The notes beneath the pieces were generated by a model, which was not told the DNA's origin, did no database searches, and worked only from the letters and a program-made list of their open reading frames with translations. Below are positions 46,352 through 57,263 of a stretch of DNA of 64,000 bases, one piece after another. How positions within the stretch are numbered: position 1 is the first letter of the stretch; the number at the start of each line of letters is the position of its first letter. Source of the stretch: a virus; the IMG/VR virus record IMGVR_UViG_3300031221_000001, positions 1-64,000 of that record, one strand, 5' to 3'. A program made the position numbers and the translations under genes.

Positions 46352-47134
46352 ATGGCTACATTAAAATATCTAGTTCGGTCAAATAAAAACGATTCGTTAA
46401 TTTCACCAAGTGAATTGACGAATCGTTATTTCTTTGGCATACCAATCATTGATCAAGGAGGCAATGTAATGAGTGAGGAGTCTCTTAACTTTTACATTCA
46501 GTCTGCAACTAAGTCTATCGAAGGACTGATCAATTCAAAGTTAAAAAAACAAGTGATTGAAGAGTCACTAAGTTATCACATAAATGACTATAAGAGTTGG
46601 GGATTTATACCAACTAGCTTTCCTGTAATAAAAGCACATTCATTGACAGGATTTATAGGCAACGTTCAGCAAATAGAATTTCCACCAGAATGGCTGTCTG
46701 CAAAGAGAACCACTGACGAAGGAGGATATCATAGAGCGATTTATCTAATACCTACGACTGGTGCTGCAAAAAGTAATAGTGTAGTGTATAGCGGAATTTC
46801 TCCACAATTAGGATGGTTTGGTCAAAAAACGGTACCTAATTATTGGACAATAAAATACTGTACATCGTTTGAAAATGTACCAGAAGATATCATCGACGCT
46901 GTAGGAAAGCTCGCTGCAATTAACGTGTTTCACCAGTTAGGAGACATAATTTTAGGTGCAGGTATCGCCTCACAATCAATAGGGATTGATGGACTCAGTC
47001 AAAGCATTTCAACAACATCATCAGCAACAAATGCTGGGTACGGTGCTAGAATAACTGGATACTTGACGGATCTAAAACAAGCTAAGGTCGATCTAAAAGA
47101 GAAGTACGACGGAATAGTTTTCGGAGTGCTGTAA
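46352..47134 (+). CDS. head-tail adaptor / neck protein
   Basis: YFFGI, IILGAGIASQSIGIDGLSQSISTTSSA. Confidence 0.75.
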   Translation: MATLKYLVRSNKNDSLISPSELTNRYFFGIPIIDQGGNVMSEESLNFYIQSATKSIEGLINSKLKKQVIEESLSYHINDYKSWGFIPTSFPVIKAHSLTGFIGNVQQIEFPPEWLSAKRTTDEGGYHRAIYLIPTTGAAKSNSVVYSGISPQLGWFGQKTVPNYWTIKYCTSFENVPEDIIDAVGKLAAINVFHQLGDIILGAGIASQSIGIDGLSQSISTTSSATNAGYGARITGYLTDLKQAKVDLKEKYDGIVFGVL

Positions 47135-47145
47135 AAAATTACAAC

Positions 47146-47964
47146 ATGGACAATCTATCAGGAAACAGCTATATTCAAGCCACTCCAGTCAACACACAAG
47201 GAAAGGCTAGAGTCGATCTAGCTAAGAGCGATTTTGATGCAATTATCTGGCAGAAAGGATATGACGTGTTGCTGGATAGAGCAATTAAGTGTCCTTGTAG
47301 AAATGTTGCTGACAATCAAGGATTGTCAGACTGCAAGAATTGTGGAGGTAGTGGATGGTGCTTTATCAATAGAAAGGCCACTAGGATGGTTCTTCAGTCA
47401 ATGAACAAAGACACACAGTTTAAGGAGTGGAGCATGGAAAGATTAGGCACCACTAGAATTTCTTGTTTAAACGAAGAAAGAATATCCTACATGGATAGAA
47501 TTACTGTGACAAGTGCGACAGTGACCACATCACAAACAGTTCACTTTAAAGAGCATAGTGACGGTGTATTTAGAGCAGCGATTATATATCCGATAAAGAA
47601 ATTAATTTATAGCTTCCTATTTAAAGGATCACAAACACCCTTATTCAGAGCAGTAGAAGGAACGGATTTCGATATTGTAGATGGGAATTGGATTGAGTTA
47701 AAAAGTCAGCACAATCAAGATCATCCTACAATGTCTTTGAGATATGAACACAATCCGATGTATCACATACTAGATACAAATAGAGATGTAATGACAAGTA
47801 AAAAGTCTATCTCAGGCAAAAATGTCAAGAACAACTATCCTGTCTCAGGAATAGCAAAACTAGCTCATTACGTGTTAGATGAACAAAGCTTCAATGGAGA
47901 TTTTTTACTCGACAATAGCTTTGAGGAAAATTGCAAAGATAAATATACAGACAAACAGTGCTAA
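47146..47964 (+). CDS. head-closure / neck protein
   Basis: AIKCPC...CKNCGGSGW; synteny. Confidence 0.7.
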   Translation: MDNLSGNSYIQATPVNTQGKARVDLAKSDFDAIIWQKGYDVLLDRAIKCPCRNVADNQGLSDCKNCGGSGWCFINRKATRMVLQSMNKDTQFKEWSMERLGTTRISCLNEERISYMDRITVTSATVTTSQTVHFKEHSDGVFRAAIIYPIKKLIYSFLFKGSQTPLFRAVEGTDFDIVDGNWIELKSQHNQDHPTMSLRYEHNPMYHILDTNRDVMTSKKSISGKNVKNNYPVSGIAKLAHYVLDEQSFNGDFLLDNSFEENCKDKYTDKQC

Positions 47965-47967
47965 TAA

Positions 47968-48735
47968 ATGATTGATCTTCAAATAGACACTAGAGCTCTT
48001 TCAGAAGAGTTCAGCATGACACAGCAAGACGTTGATGGAATGTCTGAGTTCGTTGTCGACGAAGTGACTGCTGCATTTGCTAGAAAGTGGGACAATCAAG
48101 CAAAAACAAACTTAAACAGCACTAGAGAGCAGTATAGAAACGCTCTTCAAGTAAGTAAAAGAGGTAGATTTACAGGAGTGGTGTCATTGAATCCTGCAGT
48201 ATGGATAGCCAATGCATTAGAGATGGGAGCTAGTTCATATGATATGAAAACAGGACTTCTCAACTCATCTAAGGTAAAATATACCAGTAAAGGAAAGCCT
48301 TACATAACGGTACCTTTTAGATTTGCGACTGCAGGATCTGTTGGAGAAAGCTCTTTGTTCGCAGGAGTAATGCCAACAACGATCTCAAATCAAGTTCAAC
48401 AGGCACCGCCAAAATCTAGCTTAAAGATGGAGCAAATTCCATCACAATATCACATGCCTAAAAGTGCTTCGTTGAGAAATAGACTAAGAAGTAGAGGATT
48501 TTCTCAAATGGAAAGAAACACTAAAGTGACTTCAATTTATGAAGGACTTCAAAGAAACAGTAAAGGGTCTGGGTATGTAATGTTCAGAAGAGTAAGTTTA
48601 AACAGTGATGCAGATAGATTTATTCATCCAGGATTTGAACCTAGAATGTTGGCTGATAAGGCATTAAACAATATGAACGTCCCACAAGTAGTAGACGTAG
48701 CAATAGACAACTACTTAGCAAATTTAGGAATGTAA
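47968..48735 (+). CDS. neck / tail-completion protein
   Basis: LEMG...DMK, PYITVPFR, YVMFRRVS...FIHPG. Confidence 0.65.
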   Translation: MIDLQIDTRALSEEFSMTQQDVDGMSEFVVDEVTAAFARKWDNQAKTNLNSTREQYRNALQVSKRGRFTGVVSLNPAVWIANALEMGASSYDMKTGLLNSSKVKYTSKGKPYITVPFRFATAGSVGESSLFAGVMPTTISNQVQQAPPKSSLKMEQIPSQYHMPKSASLRNRLRSRGFSQMERNTKVTSIYEGLQRNSKGSGYVMFRRVSLNSDADRFIHPGFEPRMLADKALNNMNVPQVVDVAIDNYLANLGM

Positions 48736-49409
48736 TGGCAATAATGATACCAGAGCTAGTGTTGTTCAATATCGTGAACAATCTAGTCGAATATTTAGGA
48801 ACCAATTTTACAGAAGAATCTGATGAAACTAAAACGTTTTTACACAGAATCTTTAAGGGAAGTGTGCACGACAAAAAAGATTACTACGATCAAGCAGTAG
48901 CGTTGTTTACTAGAAAAAATGACAACCCGAGAAGTGTAAGAACTAGGCTGTTTTTTGATGCAGAAAGAGCTAAAATACCGACCGTCCACATAACAATGCC
49001 TGCAGACAGTAATGGAGAAGACTCGATTGGAGTAGGAGAGAGCGGAATGCCAGAATCTATGTATGAAGACAGCACTTCTCTAACCCCAAGTTACGAAAGA
49101 AGATTTGACACAACATTTCAGATCATATGTACTTCAGACAACCATTCAGAGGTGTTAATAATGTATCACGCAATTCGTGCAGGGCTGATTAGCATATTCG
49201 ACACAATAAGCTTATCAGGTCTTGAAAATGCAAAAATTAGTGGTCAAGAACTCAGAATTAAATCGGACCTTGTGCCAGAAAACATATTTATGAGGGGGAT
49301 AGGAATAGCGTCCTCTTATGAAGTTAAGGTTCCTAGATTGTGGAGTGAACAGAAAATCGTAGATCTCTTCATATGTCCAGATCAACCTAAAATTAAATTA
49401 GATGAGTAA
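48735..49409 (+). CDS. putative tail terminator
   Basis: Position before the sheath gene. Confidence 0.55.
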   Translation: MAIMIPELVLFNIVNNLVEYLGTNFTEESDETKTFLHRIFKGSVHDKKDYYDQAVALFTRKNDNPRSVRTRLFFDAERAKIPTVHITMPADSNGEDSIGVGESGMPESMYEDSTSLTPSYERRFDTTFQIICTSDNHSEVLIMYHAIRAGLISIFDTISLSGLENAKISGQELRIKSDLVPENIFMRGIGIASSYEVKVPRLWSEQKIVDLFICPDQPKIKLDE

Positions 49410-49605
49410 GAAAATTAAAAAAGTAACAGCAAAGCAGTTTTCGTCAATGATAGGAATATCTAATAGAGGGAAGTTTTACGTAAACAAAATGCTATCGAAC
49501 GAAAAAGCGTCACTCAAAGAGTGGTCAAATACATTTATTAAAATTGGTTTAATCGAAAAGGAGCCTTCAATAGTAACTAATCAAAGCTCCAATAACAACA
49601 AATAA
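49402..49605 (+). CDS. small basic protein
   Basis: Syntenic small ORF before the sheath gene. Confidence 0.55.
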   Translation: MSKKIKKVTAKQFSSMIGISNRGKFYVNKMLSNEKASLKEWSNTFIKIGLIEKEPSIVTNQSSNNNK

Positions 49606-49607
49606 AC

Positions 49608-51236
49608 ATGGCAACAGAGTTCAACTTTAACGGTCAATTAATTAAGCTACCAGGTGCATATGCCGAAATCAAATCTGGAATCAACAATGCTCCTTTAGCA
49701 TTTTCTTATGGAAATGTTTTAGTGATCGACACAGACTCAAGCAATGAGTTTGGAGGAGGTTCTGGAATTAATGGAGAGAGTGCTGAAGGGCAAGATTCAA
49801 TCTATACCTTCGACAATGTAAGAGACGTTCGACAATTTTTAGGAGGTGGCGAATTGTGGGACAATGTAGGACCCTTATTTCGACCTTTTGGCTCTGGATC
49901 TCAAGGAGTCAGTAACTTAATCTACATTAGAGCATTAACTACTGTAGCAGCTACATTGGAATTGACACTAGAGAACGGAGCATTAACGTTTGCCGCAAAG
50001 CATGAAGGCCTTGTAGGAAACGGAGTGGAAGTCGATGATGAATTAATTAAGGGATTTGCAGTAACCGTTGAAGCAGGAACATTAAGTACTGACAAATTTA
50101 GATTAAGATTCTGGAGAGGAACTTTTACAGGAAACGCACAAGATGGTCGCTCATATAACGGACTGTCTCAAGAGCAGTCTAGACCAAGATTACTTGCAAC
50201 ATCACCTGAGGTAGCAACGATTCAAGAGATAATCGACTGGGCTGAAGCGAATTTTGATTTCAACAATCACTTTTTGCTAACAGGCAACACAATTTCAAAT
50301 ACTGGAGAGATCGTATCTGGAGATCTAACGTCACTAGCTGGAAACAACTTATTTAGCGGAGGAACTCAAACAAGCGCTCCAGCAGACATGGATGCAGTTT
50401 TAGATGCAATTACCAAACTAGATTATACTCACATCTACAGTCTAGAAAGCGGAATAGACGCTTTAGGAGTCAACAACTTTAAAATATTATCTCACTTAGA
50501 GAGTGAAGCTAGATATGAAAAATTCCTAGTAGTTGCTGGAGGTGAAGACAAAGACACATTCCAATCGCAAAGTATCGCTTCTGCAACAGCATTTAACAGT
50601 CAAAAAGTGATACTTTGTCACGGAGGATGTTACGATAGAGGAATTTCTGGAACTGCTGGATTGAGAAAGAAAAATGCAAGATATCATGCAGCGTACATTA
50701 TTGGAAGAGTTGCAGGATTGCCACCACAAACTCCACCAACATTCAAAGGACTAGGATATTTAGGAGAGTTGCACAAAATGACGGACAGTGAAAGAGAGCT
50801 TGCACTAGATGCGGGAGTGATCACTACTTATTTAGACGATGAAATAGGATCCTCTGTCATCACTCAAGGGGTTAACACACTGCAGAAGAATGACAATTTA
50901 GTCAATGAGGATGGCACGTCATATTCTTGGCAATTAATGAGAATTGCTGCTCAGTTGAACAAAGAAATAGTAATCAACGCTAAAGTTCAACTTTTAGGAA
51001 ACCAAAACGAAGGACCTAATAGAGCAACACTTTCTCCAGAAGTAGTTCAAGAGTGGGTTAGAGGTTTCTTGAAAAACAAGACTGCAAGGGCAACAGAAGA
51101 CGATCTAATCTTATCATCACAAGATGTGACTGTAACGATAGATCAAGATGCATACTGCATTAATTATGCATTTGTGCCAAACTTTGAAGTAAATAAACTA
51201 TTTTTCACTGGATTAATTTTAGATCCAAACATATAA
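49608..51236 (+). CDS. tail sheath protein
   Basis: FNGQLIKLPGAY, GRVAGL...PTFK, ALDAGV, ITQGVNT. Confidence 0.9.
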   Translation: MATEFNFNGQLIKLPGAYAEIKSGINNAPLAFSYGNVLVIDTDSSNEFGGGSGINGESAEGQDSIYTFDNVRDVRQFLGGGELWDNVGPLFRPFGSGSQGVSNLIYIRALTTVAATLELTLENGALTFAAKHEGLVGNGVEVDDELIKGFAVTVEAGTLSTDKFRLRFWRGTFTGNAQDGRSYNGLSQEQSRPRLLATSPEVATIQEIIDWAEANFDFNNHFLLTGNTISNTGEIVSGDLTSLAGNNLFSGGTQTSAPADMDAVLDAITKLDYTHIYSLESGIDALGVNNFKILSHLESEARYEKFLVVAGGEDKDTFQSQSIASATAFNSQKVILCHGGCYDRGISGTAGLRKKNARYHAAYIIGRVAGLPPQTPPTFKGLGYLGELHKMTDSERELALDAGVITTYLDDEIGSSVITQGVNTLQKNDNLVNEDGTSYSWQLMRIAAQLNKEIVINAKVQLLGNQNEGPNRATLSPEVVQEWVRGFLKNKTARATEDDLILSSQDVTVTIDQDAYCINYAFVPNFEVNKLFFTGLILDPNI

Positions 51237-51245
51237 TCAACAATC

Positions 51246-51725
51246 ATGGCAGATAAAGTATTGACAGCTCCATTGGCATTAATTAAAGTTAATGGAGTCA
51301 CCATAGGAAAGATGAAGAACTTGAGAATCACAGAAACCTTCAGAAGAGGTAGAGTTAGTGGCATCGGTGAAGTTGTAGCTTCTGAAGTTCCTGTATTGGA
51401 ATTTAACGGAACCGTAACTTCAGAATTCTATGAAATAGATTTCTCGACAACAGGAATTCCAGATGCAATTAAAAGAAAAGCTACCTCTGTTCAAGGATTT
51501 ATTGACAACATTCTTCTTCAAGAAGAGGGAGTTAATATAGTGATCTTTAAGAAAGTTACAGACTTTACAGATCCTCAAACAGGACTGTTGAGAGCTAAAC
51601 TTAAAGAGCATGCGACGATAACTAGAGCATTCATCGATAGAGAAGGAATGGATGTTTCTGAAGGACAAATCAGTGGACATAACCAGGACTTCACTTATCT
51701 AGATCCAATTCTATCTAGCTTATAA
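51246..51725 (+). CDS. tail tube protein
   Basis: Follows the sheath; IG..KNL...E...V.GIGE..E, FTYLDP. Confidence 0.85.
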   Translation: MADKVLTAPLALIKVNGVTIGKMKNLRITETFRRGRVSGIGEVVASEVPVLEFNGTVTSEFYEIDFSTTGIPDAIKRKATSVQGFIDNILLQEEGVNIVIFKKVTDFTDPQTGLLRAKLKEHATITRAFIDREGMDVSEGQISGHNQDFTYLDPILSSL

Positions 51726-51747
51726 ATTAATTGCAAAACCGTATAAA

Positions 51748-52137
51748 ATGGAAAGCTTAAAAAGAGCCCTAACGTTCAACGTTAAAGGAAATCAGTACAA
51801 CATTAAAACTCCAACGTCAGGACAGTTATGGGATGTGGAAGAAATGAAAGCATTATTGACTAACGGTCAATACGGAAACGTATTGAATCACAGAACGTAT
51901 TGGTCTGAGTATAACTTAGACAACGTAGACATGTTTGCTTATATCTCAGTATTGTGCCCACAAGTGATTAAAGACTTAGAGGTAGAGACGTGGAAAGACT
52001 TAGATCCTTTCGACTTGGCAGAGTTGAAGAACGCATACAAAAAACAATTTCTTCCGTGGTATAATGAGTTTACTAAAATGCTGAAATCTGTAGAAAAGCA
52101 AAACGTAGACTCTCCTGATGAAAAATCTGATAAATAA
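51748..52137 (+). CDS. tail assembly chaperone
   Basis: Position between tube and tape-measure genes. Confidence 0.65.
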   Translation: MESLKRALTFNVKGNQYNIKTPTSGQLWDVEEMKALLTNGQYGNVLNHRTYWSEYNLDNVDMFAYISVLCPQVIKDLEVETWKDLDPFDLAELKNAYKKQFLPWYNEFTKMLKSVEKQNVDSPDEKSDK

Positions 52138-52585
52138 ACTATTTCGGGCACTATCGTCGACGAAAAGGCCTCTTGAAAAACATCAAGAGGTTTCTTCGTT
52201 AACGTTGATAGATCAGGCAAGAAGAGATGTCAAGCCTTCATACAATTCATCCAGTGACTTAAAAGAATTCATTACTCGATGGAACGCGATGTATCCGATA
52301 GACAGATGGTGGAGAGAGAAGTATAGAATCCCACTGAACAGTCCAGAACATAGAAGGGCTGTGGTGCTAGATATGAAATTAGATTGGGAAGAAGACTTAC
52401 TGTACAGACAAGTCAAAACTGAAATAGGTACACAAAGTAAAACAAAATACGTTCCAGGTCGAGGAGCGTGGTTAAAAAAGCGTGAAATTGAAAAGCCAAC
52501 AGACGATCAGGTTAACGATATGTTCGATGGTTTAGATTTATCTAGAATTGAAGGAGGTGAAGATTCTTCAGAAATAATAGTATAG
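52118..52585 (+). CDS. second tail assembly chaperone-like protein
   Basis: WWREKYRIPLNSPEHR; position. Confidence 0.6.
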   Translation: MKNLINKLFRALSSTKRPLEKHQEVSSLTLIDQARRDVKPSYNSSSDLKEFITRWNAMYPIDRWWREKYRIPLNSPEHRRAVVLDMKLDWEEDLLYRQVKTEIGTQSKTKYVPGRGAWLKKREIEKPTDDQVNDMFDGLDLSRIEGGEDSSEIIV

Positions 52586-52586
52586 C

Positions 52587-54317
52587 ATGTCCCAGTCTAG
52601 GAGAGAAATAGTATTTAATGCAAGAGATAACGGAGTAGGTGACTTTATGTCAAAGCTTCGTCAATCGGCAAATGAGTTAGGTAGAGACTTGATTAGAGAG
52701 TCGATGCAAAACTCTAGTAGTGCTCAAGAAGCAGTTAAGTATTACGAACAACAAGTTCGATTGCTTGAGAAAAAAACTCGACTAGAGCAGAAAAGTACTA
52801 GAGCGTCTCTAGACAGCAGATACAACAATCTACTAGGAAAGGATGGTGCCAATCAATCCAAATTAAGTAGCGACTACAAAGATCAAATTTCAGACCTACA
52901 AAGAAGTACTCGAGAAGACACAATTCAGCTCGACTTACTTAGAGAACTGATTGATACAGTCAAGTTGACCTCAAACGAAGAAGTTCGTTCAGACAACAAA
53001 AACTCTACAAGAGAACAAAGTAGTGCTGAAAGAAGTAGATTAGCTTCAGACGTAGGTCCAGAAGCGACTGATCTAGCAGATCAGCTTTCTGAAGAAGGTG
53101 GCGGAGGATCTGGCGGAGGATCTGGCGGTAAGAGATCGAGACTCTCAGGACTTAATGTAGGATCGTTAATGAAAAAGGTTGCTACTTCAGGAGATTCAGT
53201 TGGTGCAGTCAACAGTGTCTTAGAACAGGCCAATGACATGGAGATCATGGGTACTGGATTGGGAATTCTAACTGGAGTGATAGGAACTAGTGTCGCTGCA
53301 TTAAATATTCGTGCGCAAAGAGAGAAGTCAGCAGAAATGATGTCAGCTCTTTCTGGACTATCAATAGATTCAATACTTGATCAAGGAATTGGAGGTACAG
53401 AGTTTGGGGGATACGGAGCAGGCACCTTAGGAGTGTCGAGAGAAGATTTCTTATCAAACAACATTCCAAGTACAATTAGAGCGTTAGGAACTAGTAGAAA
53501 TGCTGGAAGAAGTGCTGTTCAATCATTAGAAGTTCAAAAAGGATTCGGAGTAGATCAGTCTACTGTAGGAACGCTGGATAGATTAAGTAGGGTGATGGAA
53601 GGCGTTGCAGGATCTCAAGCATTGGCTTCTAAAGTGTACAGCAGTATGTACGGAACAGGAGCTCTTGGCCAGAACAATAATGATATGGCTAGAATGCAAG
53701 ACATTATGCAAGGATTCGCGTCATTTCAAGAGGGACAATTTATGCGATCTGGAACTGTTGACGGAACAACTACGCTAGGACTAATGCGGTCTCTACAAAA
53801 TCTTGGAGGAAACTTTCAAAGAGACGACTATGCGTTCGATACAATAAACCGACTAAATTCTGGACTGTCACAAGGAGGATCTCCAGAATCTAATGCAATA
53901 AAATTTGACGTTTTAAGAAGGCAAAATCCAAACAAAAGCTTTTTTGAGCTTCAAATGGAAATGGAAAAAGGTGTCAACTCAAAAGGATATCTTAGTGGGA
54001 TGTTTGATTATGTCAAGAATACTGGAGGAGATGTTAATAGTCAATCAATGCTATTTGATCAACTGACTGGAGGATCTATGAGAAAGAAAGATATTTTCGA
54101 CTTAATTTCTGGGAAAACTAGCCTAGATCAAATTAATACTGAAGGAGATGCTAGAGATCCTAGCATTCAACAAAGAGCAGCTAGTGCCAGTTCTGGAGCT
54201 CAGGCCGAACTATTGAATTTCACAGAATCGTTTAAGGACGTAATGGAGCCTGTTGGAGAACAAATTGAAGAACTAATCAAATTGGTTGGTGAAATGAATA
54301 GAAAAATAGACCTATAA
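52587..54317 (+). CDS. tape measure protein (short)
   Basis: Helical, G/S/A-rich; position. Confidence 0.7.
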   Translation: MSQSRREIVFNARDNGVGDFMSKLRQSANELGRDLIRESMQNSSSAQEAVKYYEQQVRLLEKKTRLEQKSTRASLDSRYNNLLGKDGANQSKLSSDYKDQISDLQRSTREDTIQLDLLRELIDTVKLTSNEEVRSDNKNSTREQSSAERSRLASDVGPEATDLADQLSEEGGGGSGGGSGGKRSRLSGLNVGSLMKKVATSGDSVGAVNSVLEQANDMEIMGTGLGILTGVIGTSVAALNIRAQREKSAEMMSALSGLSIDSILDQGIGGTEFGGYGAGTLGVSREDFLSNNIPSTIRALGTSRNAGRSAVQSLEVQKGFGVDQSTVGTLDRLSRVMEGVAGSQALASKVYSSMYGTGALGQNNNDMARMQDIMQGFASFQEGQFMRSGTVDGTTTLGLMRSLQNLGGNFQRDDYAFDTINRLNSGLSQGGSPESNAIKFDVLRRQNPNKSFFELQMEMEKGVNSKGYLSGMFDYVKNTGGDVNSQSMLFDQLTGGSMRKKDIFDLISGKTSLDQINTEGDARDPSIQQRAASASSGAQAELLNFTESFKDVMEPVGEQIEELIKLVGEMNRKIDL

Positions 54318-57263
54318 ATGAAATCGGTACTAGGACAATTAGTAAACAATCAAGCTATTCGAGGAAACGATAGTGCAGGATCTGGGAGGTTCGGTAGTAG
54401 TAGGAAAAGGAACATTGATGGCAAGTGGATAAATATACCACAAGGACATCAGGGATTGGATATAATCACTTTTCCTGGACAAGCGATAAAAAGTCCTATC
54501 AGTGGAAAAATTGTAAAAGTTGGGAAAGCATATTCAGACGATTCAAGATTTGACACACTTCACATTCAAGGAGATGAGGAATGTTACAGCGGAATTAGGT
54601 GCAAATTACTATACATATCTTCATCAGTGTCAGGAATACTGAATAAAACCGTTACTAGAGGCGAAGTAATAGGAGTTGCTCAGAACATAAGCGTAAAATA
54701 CAAAGGAGCGACGAATCACTTACATTTAGAGGTGTTTTTCAATGGACTGATTCAAGATCCAACTAGTCTTTTTGGTCCAGAAAGTTGTGACGCTATCGAC
54801 AATTCAATAGCAATCTCAGAAGTTGCGAATTTATTGAATCAAGAAAACACACAATTCACTGCAGTAGAATACATACACCACATAGATCAGCCAGCGCAAA
54901 TTGAAGACTTATTATCTCAAGAAGAATTTCAAAAAGTCTCTTTAGATAAAAATCAACTATTGCAGATTAGATATGAGGGAAGAACTAATCACCGAAGACT
55001 GTATGAAGGCCTCTCAATAACTGAAAAGAAAAAGTACAATAAAGGTTCAACAGAATACAGCCCTTCTGCGAACTATCCAATAGTACAAGGAACTACAATT
55101 TTCATTCCAGTAAAGTCTGTTACGATTCAGAGCGCTTATGAAAGCAACATTACGGTGACGAAAACCGTCTCCACAAAGTATTTCGCGCCAATCCTTAGAG
55201 AACTGACAAACGATCCAGGATTTGTGCCAGGATCTAAGAATAGAGGAGTAGATGCAAAGGACATTAGGCCTCAACTAACAGTTTGGTTATGGTCAAGAAC
55301 TAAGTACTTAGAGAGTGGAGGAGATGATGGATTCGTTGATCTTACAAAAGACATTGTATCGTGCAATACAGGGAATACAATGGTCGATGGAGGCAACTTT
55401 ACCATAAACCTTGCTCCAGTAATTACTAGGCTAATTGAAGAGCAAGATTCAGAAGGAAATTCTAGAAGCTATTGGAAGAAGATCGACAGCGATCACTACT
55501 CAGATCAAGATTCGTCTGACAGCGTATCTCTAGGTCATATAAATAGAGAAAGAGCTTTCACATCAAACACAATAGGTTCTGAGTACGTTAGAAACGATCT
55601 GTATTACGAGAAAATTATTCAACAAAACGATTTAGTTTTTATCTCTTTTGAGAAATTAAAGATTGAAGGAAATGATATTTTAAACTCAGTTGGTGGTAAG
55701 TGGTACGATATGATTGGACTAGTTGACATTGTAACTAGACAAGATACAGCATCGACTTCAGATGCAACGATGTCTATTAGAGGGAGAGATTTATTCAAAG
55801 TGCTTCAAGACGACAATAGCTACTTCAATCCATACAGTATTGGACACGTAAATAGCTTGTATGGAGGAGAGTTGGGATCTCGATTTCTTCAAGGAGAGTT
55901 CAAAGAGATTTCAGCAATCATTCCGAGATCAATTAGAGACTCGATTGAATTCATTTTTCACAGAATAGCTTCAATTGGATATGTTCCGAATGATATTTTT
56001 AAAGACTTTACAAACAAAACCCAAACAACAAAGACCGTAAAAGGTGAAGACAAAAACGTAGAGAAGCAGGTTAAAGGAGTTTGGCAGTTGTTCAAAGTAT
56101 TTATCGATCAATCGATTCAAGATTTAAAGGTAATTGATGACAGTGTTGCAAATCCTAACGGATCTGTGTTGCAAATAATTAGAAAAATTTGTCAACAAGA
56201 ATTTGTAGAATTTTTCGGTGACACCTATGGCGATAAATACTATTTGACTTGTAGAAAGCCTCCATTTACATTTGATGCAGTCAGTCAAGCAGTTTGGAAC
56301 TTAGATACAGTAGACGAAGACTTTTCTTCATTCCAACAAGAGCAGCAAACTCCTGTAGGTCAAGCGACTACGCAACAAAAAAATCGATACGCTCAGAGAG
56401 AGGTTAGAAAACAGAAAGAGGTTGATGCAAGACAGAATACAAACGACATAGTAATTGACGACAACAATGACACAGCATTTGCTGTTCAAGGACTAGACGA
56501 AGCCGTAGTTACTGTTTCGGAGAACTATCCAAGAGTAATTAATATCAATGAAGACGACATTCACACATCAAATTTACAGTTCACTAACGAATATTATGCA
56601 TGGTACAAACTAACAGATAAGGGGAATTTTGCTGGCAATGCTGTAAATTTAGGACACGTTCCAGCGATATATTTTGACGAATACGCTCAGATTTTTGGAA
56701 ACAGAATGCTAGATGTGACAAACAATTACAGCAACTATAACTTTTTTGATCACAAAGAAGGCGAGAGAGAAGCAGACTTGTACGCTGAACAGGCATCTCA
56801 ACTACTATCGTTTCTAGTAGAATCCAACATATATCTACCATTCACAAGGCAAGGAACGATTACGATTAATGGGGACCGAAGAATCAAAAAAGGACATTGG
56901 ATATATTATAGGCCTACCAAAGAATTCTTTTATGTTACAGGAGTAGATCATTCAATTGCAATAAGTAAAGACAGTATTGATCGAACGACAAGATTGACGG
57001 TTGAGAGAGGGATGGTCAAATCTTACATTAGAAACAAGCCAGTCACAGTAACGGACAGATCAGGACAGGAAAGGCAGATTGACGTATCGTACTTCAATAT
57101 AGTGGATATTGAAAAGCTAAAGGACGGAATATATGACGTTGTGACTAAAGGATCAGCAAGTGAAAAGTTTGATTACAAAGCAAACATGTCTCTAAATGTA
57201 GATGTGATGGACTTCTTTTTACAGAAAAGACAATTTGAACAAAAGTATCAGTATGAAGACTAG
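54318..57263 (+). CDS. baseplate hub with N-terminal M23 peptidase
   Basis: HQGLDI and HLHLE M23 motifs; IRGRDLFK, EFFGD, GTITINGDRRIK.G, FYVTGVDH, T.LTVERG hub motifs. Confidence 0.82.
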   Translation: MKSVLGQLVNNQAIRGNDSAGSGRFGSSRKRNIDGKWINIPQGHQGLDIITFPGQAIKSPISGKIVKVGKAYSDDSRFDTLHIQGDEECYSGIRCKLLYISSSVSGILNKTVTRGEVIGVAQNISVKYKGATNHLHLEVFFNGLIQDPTSLFGPESCDAIDNSIAISEVANLLNQENTQFTAVEYIHHIDQPAQIEDLLSQEEFQKVSLDKNQLLQIRYEGRTNHRRLYEGLSITEKKKYNKGSTEYSPSANYPIVQGTTIFIPVKSVTIQSAYESNITVTKTVSTKYFAPILRELTNDPGFVPGSKNRGVDAKDIRPQLTVWLWSRTKYLESGGDDGFVDLTKDIVSCNTGNTMVDGGNFTINLAPVITRLIEEQDSEGNSRSYWKKIDSDHYSDQDSSDSVSLGHINRERAFTSNTIGSEYVRNDLYYEKIIQQNDLVFISFEKLKIEGNDILNSVGGKWYDMIGLVDIVTRQDTASTSDATMSIRGRDLFKVLQDDNSYFNPYSIGHVNSLYGGELGSRFLQGEFKEISAIIPRSIRDSIEFIFHRIASIGYVPNDIFKDFTNKTQTTKTVKGEDKNVEKQVKGVWQLFKVFIDQSIQDLKVIDDSVANPNGSVLQIIRKICQQEFVEFFGDTYGDKYYLTCRKPPFTFDAVSQAVWNLDTVDEDFSSFQQEQQTPVGQATTQQKNRYAQREVRKQKEVDARQNTNDIVIDDNNDTAFAVQGLDEAVVTVSENYPRVININEDDIHTSNLQFTNEYYAWYKLTDKGNFAGNAVNLGHVPAIYFDEYAQIFGNRMLDVTNNYSNYNFFDHKEGEREADLYAEQASQLLSFLVESNIYLPFTRQGTITINGDRRIKKGHWIYYRPTKEFFYVTGVDHSIAISKDSIDRTTRLTVERGMVKSYIRNKPVTVTDRSGQERQIDVSYFNIVDIEKLKDGIYDVVTKGSASEKFDYKANMSLNVDVMDFFLQKRQFEQKYQYED

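Noticed and set aside
51748-52585. Programmed -1 frameshift between the tail chaperones
   Set aside because: The second ORF is in the +1 frame, has its own ATG with a stop shortly upstream, and no XXXYYYZ slippery site was seen.
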